A stretch of DNA of 64,000 nt from Octopus vulgaris (lineage: Eukaryota). The notes beneath the pieces were generated by a model. It did no database searches. It was not told the DNA's origin and worked only from the letters and a program-made list of their open reading frames with translations. This document shows, one piece after another, positions 52,803-64,000 of the stretch; position 1 is the first letter of the stretch; each line of letters begins with the position of its first letter. The position numbers and the translations under genes were made by a program. The stretch is taken from assembly GCA_951406725.2 (NCBI GenBank), contig OX597814.1, positions 68,262,001-68,326,000 on the forward strand. The letters run 5' to 3'.

Positions 52803-53023
52803 TATCTTTTACTTGTTTCAGTCATTTGACTGCGGCCATGCTGGAGCACCGCCTTTAATCGAGCAACTCGACCCCGGGACTTATTCTTTTGTAAGCCCAG
52901 TACTTATTCTATCGGTCTCTTTTACCGAACCGCTAAGTAAAGGGGTCATAAACACACCAGCATCGGTTGTCAAGCAATGCTAGGGGGACAAACACAGACA
53001 CACAAACACACATACATACATCT

Positions 53024-53063
<40 letters not shown>

Positions 53064-55285
53064 GACGGGCTTCTTTCAGTTTTCGTCTACCAAATCCACT
53101 CACAAGGCTTTGGTCGGCCCGAGGCTATAGTAGAAGACACTTGCCCAAGATGCGACGCAGTGGGACTGAACCCGGAACCATGTGGTTGGTAAACAAGCTA
53201 CTTTATTTCATAAATTTGTCATATAGACAGTACAAAGAGCTTTGCGGGCTGGACAAATACATTAATGAATGAAAATGAAATATAATGAATAAATGAGAGA
53301 CGAAATCCGCCGATTGGATTTTTCTCGAAAATATATTTTCTTTTTTTTTTTAAATCAATATGAGGTTTCGAATCTCTTGCAAGGGGGAGGCACTAAAACC
53401 TCTTACTGAACATGTTTTCTTTTTTTTTTCTTAAAGCACAAAATTGAGGTTATAAACCACTACAAAATAATCCAATAAGATGAGGTTTCAAACCCTGTAG
53501 CGAGGGTCTTTCACCTCGTACTCTTCGATATATCCATCGATATATTCATCATTATCTTCAATGCCGCTTGAGTTCCTGTATCCCGCCATTTCCCATGCCT
53601 CACTCATGTAGGACATGTAAGTCGTGTAAGGGCCACCCGGCCATATGCGACACTCCTCCCCAAATCCTGTAAGCCTTTCCCACAAGGAAAACCTTATGAC
53701 CTCCACAGCTATCTGCGGAGGCCATTCGGGATCCTGTGTGAAGGGCATATCTACTGTTTCTTTATGTTCTTCTACTATTTTTCCCACCTCCCCGCCCTTA
53801 TAGAAAAAGATAATTGATCATCTTTAAGGGTCGGGGTGGTTTCTTCCACCGTGGGTGGCACAACTTCGGGACATGCAGTCGGCACATCATCTCCCCGCTG
53901 AGATGACCCGTTCTTCTTCCTTCTTTTTTTTCTTTTCTTCCTGGTTTCAGGAGAGTGGAGCTCTTCCGCTTTGTCCGGAGACTCTACCCCGCCTTCCGAA
54001 GCCTTAGGTTCCTTCGGCGGGCAACTATTGTTGCCCGCCTTCTTCCTTTTTAATCCTTTTTGAGTTGAGGAGGCTGAAGACTTCTCGACCACATCCACCT
54101 CTCCCTTTGACCGGGTAGGGGAGGTGGCATATAGTGACTGTTCCAGGACCTTACCAACGTCCTGTGGGCAGTTCCTTTTAATGTGGCCTGGCTGCAGGCA
54201 CGAGTGACACTTTGGGGGATGTCCTTCAAGTATCACCGGATACCTGCAGCCAGCCATTTTCAAGAAATCTGGAAAAAAACAGATCTGTTGCGGCCGATGG
54301 GGTCCACAGGGTCAAAATCGCTTTTGACCCTTCCCAATCGACCGCCGGAAATACTCTTACATTTAAGAGCCTAGGCTCGCCATCTCCCAGTCCCCGTCGG
54401 ATGGTATCTTCAATCCAATCTGCTTCGGTGCCCGGGGGGAGCCCACAAATCCAGGCTCGTATTAATTTTCTTCCACAATATGACGGGAGAAACAGGATTT
54501 CCTTGCCTTCTAAAGGCTGACTCGCAAACTGGCGAGCCTTTTCCCCGTTGTCAAACAGCAACCATACGGTTGCATGTTTGACACCACGGGATATATATTT
54601 TACAGAGGACAAATGTTCTGTAAGTTCATTTTTATGACTTGTTTTGGAAAGACGGTGATGGAATTAAGAACTTTAGAATACGTTCTAAGTACCATCGTCT
54701 TCTCCTCCATATCTGTTAACCATTGCTTAGGCGGGTTAATTTCCCACTCTAAGACAGAGTTTTTCTTTTTAAGTTCCTTCTCTGCCATGTCAAAAAACAG
54801 TTCAAAAGTAGTTCAAAAGACAGTCTGCCAAAAAATTAAACCGAATAAAGATAAAACAAAATAAAGGGTACGGGAGGAAACTGCAATTAAAGTAATGAAA
54901 AGAACTAACCAAAATTTAGAAAGAAAGAAATAATAGAAGGGAAAAGTAAAAGAAAAATCTCACAAATAGCACAGACAGGGAATCCTTTGTATAATACTCC
55001 AAGGTAATCCAAGGTAATCCAAATGGCTTATTCTTATTTTTCTGGCGAGATACGCCCACTAGAATTCACAAGAAGAATTTTCAAAAAATTCTCAATTCAC
55101 CGTTACGGTGATGAGAACCCAGTATTTTGCTCGTTATAGCGAGCCATAATTGACAATTTTTCTTTTTGTTCTTTTTTTCTGTTCGCGAAGCCGAAACTCA
55201 CATCTGCTCACTGTAGCAGTCCAGACCAACTAGTGTTGCATTCTGGGTAAACAAGCTACTTACTACACAGCCATTCCTGCGTCTA
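52803..55285 (-). mobile_element. SINE-A split by an ORF1-only element
   Basis: Body at 52803-53203; head resumes at 55246-55285. Confidence 0.88.
53204..55245 (-). mobile_element. ORF1-only (HAL1-like) L1/Tx1 non-autonomous retroelement
   Basis: Frameshifted ORF1 54788 to about 53488 with CHSCLQPGHIKRNC zinc knuckle; no ORF2; perfect 16-bp TSD GGTAAACAAGCTACTT (53188-53203 / 55246-55261). Confidence 0.88.
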
Positions 55286-57120
55286 TACTGTATATATTTA
55301 TATGTATGCATATATATTGATTTTTAATTTTGGCACAAGGCCGACATTTTCGGGGGCGGAGTATGTCGATTACCTTGACCTCAGTGTTCAACTGGTATCT
55401 ATGTTACCGATTCTGAAGTGGATGAAAAGCAAAATTGACTCTGGTGGTACTTAAAGTCAGAGTATAAAGACAGACAAAATACCGCTTAGCATTTTGTCCT
55501 GTGAGCTAACGATTCTGTCAGCTCCCTCTCTGCTCATTTCTGGGTAACACTGGCCACCCTGTTTGTCAAGTTGGGAAGTCGGGACCAACACAAAATTTCA
55601 ACGTCAACGAAGATGATGGTGATGATGATGAGGCAATGTTCCTGAAGTAAGAGGACCTGTACCTTGGACCAATTAAGGCATTCCCTATCCAGGGACAAAT
55701 GCTGTCTGGAATTGTTCTTGGACGGTTTATACGGTCACATCTACTCCTACGATTCGATTATATTTTCATCCACTTTTCAACAAATTCAATTGATGACACT
55801 ACCTCTCTTTTCATAGCCATCTTCCACGTCAAATATGAAAGGCTCAACGAATGATTGACTACAGACGAAAGTGTGTGTCCATCATCCACCATACAGCTTT
55901 TTTTATTGTCTGCGCGCATCTCGGACAGACCCGTCTCAAACCATTTTAATGCCTAGAGATTTTATCTCAAACCGATAGTGACCCTCTACAGCACTAGGGT
56001 CTACTGGAAGGCGTTCACTGTAGTCCCGGTTCAGGAAGACCTTCGAATCACTAGGGCGTTCATTTCCATTAACGTCCAGGATTTCCTTATGAGAGTCGAT
56101 TCTCTGTCACTCGAATAAGTGTACATATTGCTAATATGCATCATTCCCCGAGCCCATTGCCCGACTGGTAGAGAGCGATGCTTGCCTCGTGATAACCCTA
56201 ACCGTAATCAAAACATAGACATTAGCTATCCAATTTTGGTCGACCCAGGATTACAGATCTCTCAAGGAGATGAGCTACAGGAAAACGTGCCTTGCGAACG
56301 GCCATCACACATGCACACTGTATAGCAATCTCTGTAGATGAAACCTGAGCGCGTATCCACGCACCAGTAGCCTCAGTATACTCATCCGACTTGCAGTATG
56401 CAGAGGATGCTAGTAACAGAGGGACTGCATGACGAGTGGAATATGTCCTTTACATGAGAAACCAAAATGCAGACGTTCTAATCTGATCAAATGGAACTGA
56501 AACAAAACACAATGGTCATTGCTGCTTACGTTGGACCTTCCATTTCTATTTAAGGCGAACGTCAGAAAACCACTCCATCAAAAATAAATGCGTGCGCATT
56601 GTTGCTATTGTTAAAAGTGGTACTAGTAGTGTTGAAGGGAATGATGTCTGTTGTTTTTCACATTGATATTTTTCGTTGTTGTTGTCATCGTTCACGAAGT
56701 TCATTTTGTTGTTGTTGTCGCCTGCTTGGTTTGTGTGATATAACATCAACGCCACTAGATTTAAACTTGTTAATGCACTATGGTTGAAATTCTCTCTCTT
56801 TCTATCTTCTTCTGCTATTACATCAGCACTTTTCTCTTCTTTCTCTCTCAGTCATTATTGTGTTTGTCTTGACTATTATTATTGAAAGACATACATCATC
56901 TTGAAATTTTCCAAAAGCAAATATTACATCGACAACTCCCTGAGTTGAGAAATCATATAAAAAAAACAACAAAAAACCCCAAAAAGAACCAGCAACATTT
57001 AGCAGGTTCCTTCATTCATTCTATTGCACAAAGAACAAATACAAATACAATCCCAATCGATCTTTTTTCCTCACTAACTTCTGTAGTGCTGAAGTAAAAT
57101 GTGATTTCTTTGATGACGGA

Positions 57121-57185
<65 letters not shown>

Positions 57186-57194
57186 TAATATTCA

Positions 57195-57492
57195 AAACAA
57201 AGAGCGTGATTCGATTGTAATAGATATTTTATTGGTTGAACGATATTTCAACGTAAGTCTGTCTTTGTCAAGTTCAAAATAAGAAGTGATAAACATTTAA
57301 AATTATAGAAATTTAAATGTAAAGTATGAAAGAGAGCAACAAGAGTCCACACGTTGATGGAATGACATCATTAGAATTTAAGTTTCAATTTTATAACAGG
57401 CGAAAAGAAAAAAACAGAAAAAAGACAGAACAAAAGAAGAAAGAAAAAGAGAAAAAGAAGAATATTTACTCAAGCAGTTTTGTATAAATTTG
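57195..57492 (-). repeat. Inverted copy of the 3' UTR of the downstream PLE, abutting (AAT)n
   Basis: Reverse complement similar to 58860-59130 and parts of 62680-63050. Confidence 0.8.
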
Positions 57493-57850
57493 GCCGAATT
57501 GTTAGCATCCTGAATGAAATGCTTAGCAGCATTTCGTACATCTTTATGTTCTGAGTTCAAATTCTGCCGAGGTTGACGTTGCCTTCCAGGGTCAATAAAA
57601 TAAGTACCAGTTGAGCAGTGTGATTGATGTCATTGACTTAGGCTCCTCCTATGAAATTGCTGGTCTTATGCCAAAATTTGAAATCATTATTACCGTAAAA
57701 ATTGTTGTTTAGCCCCAGGCCAGTCCCTGACCCAGTAGACCTATGTTGATCAAAGATATTCTAGCTATAGCTTTGTATATATGTAGGATAACATCATGAA
57801 ATGTGTTTGATGTTTAAGACAGAGGGATAAGAACAATGAGAGAGAAAGAG

Positions 57851-57902
<52 letters not shown>

Positions 57903-58518
57903 GTGTTTGGTTAATACTTCTGGCATGGTGACGACTTCCTAGAGGCCTGCTGTTGTTGCAAAACTTTAGTGTGAGCAACATTGAAGAAAGGCTAAACCAA
58001 AGCGAAAAGTGAAAGAAAACTCATTATCTGAGAATAATTACAGGATCTTCAAATGTCAAGTAGCCACACACACACACACACATACACACACACACCGTTG
58101 CTGTTGTCATTCGTACACATACACAATTTACCCAAGCTAACACAATCTTGCAACCATCACCGCCACCACCAACACTGATAATGCTGCTGCTGTAACAGAT
58201 ATCGCCATACAACACCGCTACCTCCGTCTAATCAAACTCCATGCAACCTCCCTCACTGTTGTTACAGACACCACCACCACCAATCAACCACCACCATCAC
58301 CACCACTAACAACAACAACAATTGGGATTTCGGATCTAACCGAATAATATGATGTGGATGATCGGAACGGCGGTAGAGATAAGTGTGGGCTTGCAAAATA
58401 ATTCAGTCATTATTCTGCCTCCAGAAAACTTAACTTTTGTGTCCAAAAATTCAACGATAGTTTTTGAAAAACTAGACGTAAATTCTATGTTGGACTTAAA
58501 GCCGTAGTTTTTGGCATA

Positions 58519-61500
58519 GATTTATACAGAAGGTGGGATATGTAGCGCTTTCTGGTGTACGTGGCAGAATGCACGAAACACAACTTCATCTATGTTGGTT
58601 ATACAACAGGACGATGAAACAAAAGGTTTAATAGCCACAGATTCGACGTCAGGCACAATAACAGTAGTTCGACAGAACTTGCCGAACATTTCATTTCAAA
58701 CGGCTGCAGTTTTGAAAAAGACTTAAAAGGGCATATTCTCAAAAGATATTCTGAGTCTACTTCATTTTCACTTCTCAGAATGCACAAGGAGAAATATGTT
58801 TGCGAGTTATTAACATCACGCCCTAGAGGAATGAATAAAATAACAGGAGAATATCATCAAATTTATACAAAACTGTTTGATTAAATATTCTTTTTCTTTC
58901 CTCTTTTTTTCTGTCTTTTTCTTTTCGTCTGTTATAAAATTGAAACTTAAAACTATTGATGTCATTCCATCAATGTGTGGACGCTGGTTGCTCTCGTTCA
59001 TAATTTTACATTTGAATTTCCATAATTTAAAATTTTTATCACTTCTTATTTTGAAGTCGACAAAGACAAACTTACTGTTGAAATATCGTTCAACCAATAA
59101 AATATCTATTTCAATCGAATCGCGCTCTTCGTCTTGACTGTTTACCTTTGTGAAGAGTTACGTCAATCCTTTTTAAAATATCAAAATCAAGTAGATTAAG
59201 ATGTTTGTTTTTATGGTACACAGAATAAGAATTGGATCATATATATGAAATTCTGGAAGTTACCAAAGCAGCCGGGTGTCTAAGGAAAATCGTAATGTAA
59301 ATTATAGCTTTTGCATTTTATTCCTTCTCACAGTTGGATTGTCAGCCCTGCTAGTTTCGCTAGACCCCAGCGTTGAACCTAATCCTGGGCCAATGGATTC
59401 TGTACCATTCAAATATGAATCAGAAATTGAGAAATCGACATTTCTATCAGTGAAAAAAACTTAATTGTTCTCGTGCTAAATCAAGAGCCATTTATCATTT
59501 CTAGAAACATGGAAGCAAGAAAAAGTTATACCGGACGGTCTTACATCAAATATACCACTATGTGCATCAAAGCCTGACGATTCATTGCTTCAAAAGTTTA
59601 AATTAATTGGTGAGAACAATTCATTTTACATGACGGAAGCTATTATTGAACACTATCGTTCTAAATTAATATTGCTTGGTGCAGACATTAAGGAGATTTC
59701 GAATGTCCTTGAAAAGTTTGAACTTTTCGAACCTGAAGACAAAAAAAAAGCTGATTTCCCATTCCCCTAAGCCACTGGTCAAGGGAACATTTTGGTTGAG
59801 AAAGTTTGCTTTGAAATATGAGGAGAACTCGTTTTTACTTTCGGGACAAATGTTATGTGATAAACTTATTGACGCCGGGTTGAAAATCATAGCGGAATCC
59901 AGAAATTCCAATACAACCAACCACTTTTTCACACATGGAATTTCTAACAGACAATCCTACCACACACTGTTCATTCACCACACCAGGAACAATCATTTTG
60001 CTTTGCCAAGCAATTTTTTCGGAGATGCTTATATTTATGACAGTTTGAAATTACCAGTTTCGCAGGAACTAATAGCACAAATAACAACGTATTCACCACA
60101 AACAAACATTATTGCTACAATTCAACAAGTTCATATAATTAATCCCCGAGTTGGCGCATATGATTGTGGCCTTTTTGCCCTGGTGTATGCATTTGAATTT
60201 GTCATTGGAAACGCTCCAGAGAAGTTTTTATTTGATCAGTCAAAAATGCGAGCACATTTAAGATTTTGCCTCGAAAACAATAAATTTGTTCCTTTTCTGA
60301 AAGTAAAGGTTTTTCAAATGCCTACAAAAACCACAGAAGTCACTCACTTTCCATCACCCACCCAGGAATGGATTACCCCTAGAAAGACGACTAAAATTTA
60401 TAACTTCTCACATGAACATTCAGAACAAATATTATACCCAATGTTTTAAGTGAAGATTTCGAGCAAAGCCCAAAAAGGTGTCAGGAATCTAATGACTGAA
60501 AACCATTTGCTCGAGAGAAAACATCACACTAGAGAAGTCGGTCATAAATTTATCTAAACTAAAACTTTCGCCCGACGATGTCTCAGTCCTGGAGCTTGGA
60601 CTGAGTTTCTGCCCAAGCCCTAAGAATTTCGACAAGAATAAACTAGCCCAAGGGCTATCACTTTTTTTTTGAAAAATTGTTAATGAGGAGTCAAAAAACC
60701 AATGCTTACTGAAAATATACATGATGATGATCGAATCTGGCATAATCAGATTGAAAAGAACCCCAATGGCTATCCAGATAAAGTTCGGGATGGACGTTCA
60801 CAAGCCCTACTGGAATTTCTTGAATCTTGTCAGGCAAGCATTAAATAGCCTTAAAACAAGTGGAAAGAAGTTCTGGAAGAACCTTACAAATTCCCAACGT
60901 TATGCATTCCGACGATTCTATTGTTATCAAAATGGCAGGTAAAGGAGGCGCTATCGTAATTATGGACAAAAGTGAGTATATTTCATCTTGTGAAGAAGCT
61001 TTATATGACAAAACTTCATATAAAGAATTACCTGTCGCTTCAAACCCCAAATACAAAGGGGAAAGTGACAAAATAATTCTGCAAATGGAGGAAAACAATA
61101 TCATTAATAAGGCCGAATCCAGGATTTTACGGTCAGAAAGAAGAACACCTCTATTTTATGTACTCCCTAAAATACACAAAAAGTTCGAAAGATTTCTTCC
61201 AATGCGCTCAATTTGCAGCGGATATGAATGTTGCACGGCCAAAGTTTCGGAATGGCTGGATGGCTTTATATTCCCCGTCGCAAAAAGATCAAGTTCCTAT
61301 ATTCCGAATACTTTAGATTTTGTGTTTAAAATCAACAGCTGTTTTAAGCACCGAGGCCGTGTCGTGAACTGTTTCTTTGGTAACCATGGATGTTTCTTCC
61401 TTATATCCCAATATTTACCACAATGAAAGGGTAGAAACATGCATGGATGCCTTCGAAAAGCGGTCAAACAAAAGTGTTCCATCAAATTTCTCTGTAGATT

Positions 61501-63098
61501 ATTGAGAGTTGTGTTAGAAAGTAACACAATGAAGTTGAGACAAAGATTTTACCACCAGATGAAGGGTTGCTCCATGGGTACCCCCATAGCAGTTACTTTC
61601 ACTAATGTCTGGGAAGGATTACAGGATAGTTTAATAGACTTCTTTCATTTCTCTAAGTCCAACATAAAATTTACGTCTACTTTTTCAAAAACTAGCGTTG
61701 AAGTTTTAGACACAAAAGTTGTTTTCTGGAGGCAGAATAATGATAGAGTTATTTTTCAAGCCCTCACTTATCTCCACCGCCGTTCCGATCATTTACATCG
61801 TATTACTCGGTCAAATCCGAAATCCCTATTTTTGAGGATAAAACGGATTTGTAGTGACATAGGAGATTACTAGAAATATGCAAATGCACTTGTACATCAT
61901 TATGTCAAACGCGGTTACGGTGAATCACGATTAAAGGAAATAGCAAATGAAATAGCTAAGATTAGTAAAGATAGTCAAACCTTCACGCATAATTTTAGTA
62001 AACACAATACAATAGATGATATAATTCCTTTAGTGATTAACTGGCACCTAAATTTCGCTGGCATTTCAAAAGTGTTGCATGCAATTTACCAGTATGTGGC
62101 GAAAAAATATGCTCGTTTCAAAAAGATATTTCCTCAGCCGCCTATTGTAGTCTTTAGACGGAATAAGAATATAAGAGAATTATTGATCTCTATTTCTGAC
62201 TCCAAGAAAAGGAATATTGGAGTATCTGCACGATGTACCATGAAAAACAGCTGCAAGGGAGGTAAGCCCTCTTCATTGTGCAACCACATTTGTCAAGTGT
62301 ATTCCATCAGGAATCATAACAGAAATGTTGTGATTTATACAGTAGGTGGGACATGTGGAGATTCCCATTTGGTGTACGCGGTTGAGTGCACGAAACACAA
62401 CTCGATTTATGTTAGTTGTACAACAGAACAATCAAACAAAAGATTTAATGGGCATAGATTCGACTTCAGACAATAACATCAGTTCGACAGAGCTTGCTGA
62501 AAATTTCGTTTCAAACGGCTGCAATTTTGAAAAAGACTTAAAAGTGCATATTCTCAGAAAATTTTCTGAATCTGCTTCACTTTCACTTCTCAGAATGCAT
62601 GAGGAGAAATATGTTTGTGGGTTATTAACATCACGCCCTGGAGAAATTAATAAAAGAAAGAATATCCTCAAATATATACAAAACTGTTTGATTAAATATT
62701 CTTCATTTTCTCTATTTTCTTTCCTCCTTTTCTGTCTTTTTCTGTCTTTTTTTTTCTTTATTCTCTTTTCACCTGTTTAAAGACTGATGATGTCATTCCA
62801 TCAGTATGGCGGATACATACTTCACCTCCATCATCATTCATAATCTCACCATTGTGTCCTGCCCCAGTTACATCTTGATTGGGCTGGAGTGTCTCTTGTT
62901 TATTTTCTTGTGAAAGGGACGCGTTCTAATGGTCAGGTAGTTAGTCTGGAATTTTGAATTTTTATTTTGAACTTGAAAAAGACAGACTTACTGTTGAAAT
63001 ATCGTTCAACCAATGGAATATATCTATTACAATCGAATCGCGCTCTTCATCTTGACTGTTTACCTTTGTGAAGAGTTACGCCAATCCTTTTTAAAATA
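58519..63098 (+). mobile_element. Degenerate PLE with direct pseudo-LTRs (58519-59180 / 62332-63098) encoding 2A-like motif, Ulp1-like protease, RT and GIY-YIG
   Basis: VEPNPGP; FL..W....IPDGL; H..YDS..DCG; VINLS...LELGLSFCP; FYVLPKIHK; GCSMG (catalytic DD segment deleted); LVYAVEC..H..IYV; ends at (AAT)n. Confidence 0.85.
59830..60300 (+). pseudogene. Ulp1/C48-like cysteine protease domain within the PLE ORF
   Basis: IHHTRNNHF...YIYDSL...GAYDCGLFALVYA...FDQSKMRAHL..CLE...PF; His-Asp-Cys order of clan CE proteases. Confidence 0.75.
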
Positions 63099-63271
63099 AT
63101 AATGATAATAATAATAATAATAATAATTCCCTTTTCTGCTTTATTGTATACCGCGTATATTTTTACCTTTTTATCATTTTATTATATGTAAACTCCCACA
63201 CTTTATTGTATTGTCCCTTTGTATTGTCCCTTCCTCCATCCTTCGTCCTGGTGGCAAATATAAGAGATCGT

Positions 63272-63462
<191 letters not shown>

Positions 63463-63464
63463 TT

Positions 63465-63840
63465 TTCAGTAGTTTTATTTTTATAGCGTGCTTTCACTTC
63501 ACTACCGAGCGCATGTGTGATTTGTTGTGATGCTCTGATGGTTATTGTATGGAAAGTGTTCTGCGTAGGATGTGTGCAGTGCCTAGTAGTGCAATTTTCT
63601 GTATGTTATATGTGTTTGTAAGTCCTGGTGTTTTTGTTATGTATTTGTCTGAATATTTTTTTATCATGCCTAATGCACCTACTATGATAGGAATTGTTTC
63701 TGTTTTTAGATTCCACATTCTGGTTACCTCTATTTCCAGGTCTTTGATTTTGAAAGTTTCTCCATTTCTTTTAGAGATACGTTGTCATCTGCCCCGGTAT
63801 TGATACATCAATTAGAAAGCATTTTTTTCCTTCATGATCT
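63465..63840 (-). mobile_element. 3' end of a Dong/R4-like RLE LINE next to (TAA)n/(TGA)n
   Basis: Minus strand FLIDVS.P...IEVTRMWNLKTETIPIIVGALG...IQKIALLGTAHILRRTL. Confidence 0.85.
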
Positions 63841-64000
63841 CCGAGATTTCTACAGATCTGTAGATACAGCACTAAGAACAACTAATAAGTATTAGTGGGC
63901 GATCAGAATAGTATCTAGCCGGACGCAATAATTAGTCTAGAGTGGGGCGCTAATATCTTCACAAACGCACTTTTGCAGTTCAAAGTGTTTGAAAAATATT

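Noticed and set aside
52369-52858. Hydrophobic 153-aa membrane-protein-like ORF
   Set aside because: Decayed ATC/ATT repeat running into a SINE tail
55560-56500. Possible decayed L1/Tx1 on the minus strand
   Set aside because: Only an isolated CPRC-like motif; no continuous domain
62784-62820. CTGATGA with a stem II in the PLE pseudo-LTR
   Set aside because: GAAA is replaced by GATA, stem III is not recoverable and the other copies lack the core; probably a relic

Overview
AT-rich, microsatellite-dense animal genomic DNA. The SINE families and repeat landscape suggest an octopus; this is inference. The only host coding sequence I can support is two spliced minus-strand exons of a CLC chloride channel/antiporter gene (45869-45961 and 2195-2438). 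They join in phase across a 43,430-bp intron, so most of the window is intronic. It is filled with mobile elements: at least six Penelope-like element (PLE) copies of Hydra-like and Neptune-like type, a nest of R4/Dong-type RLE LINEs in (CATA)n, L1/Tx1 elements, a CR1 LINE, mariner and DD37D transposons, and many tRNA-derived SINEs. Most notable: (1) a PLE whose ORF carries a 2A-like NPGP motif and a Ulp1/C48-like protease domain ahead of RT-GIY-YIG; (2) a young two-ORF PLE with an HIV-type U-UUU-UUA -1 frameshift site, a U3-A8 hammerhead in its pseudo-LTRs and a fixed-spacing CCAAT/CRE array; (3) two ORF1-only L1/Tx1 'half elements' inserted at symmetric positions of one palindrome in a SINE head; (4) roughly ten hammerhead-like motifs, including one in the 3' UTR of the R4 LINEs. 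All calls were made by eye with no database searches.
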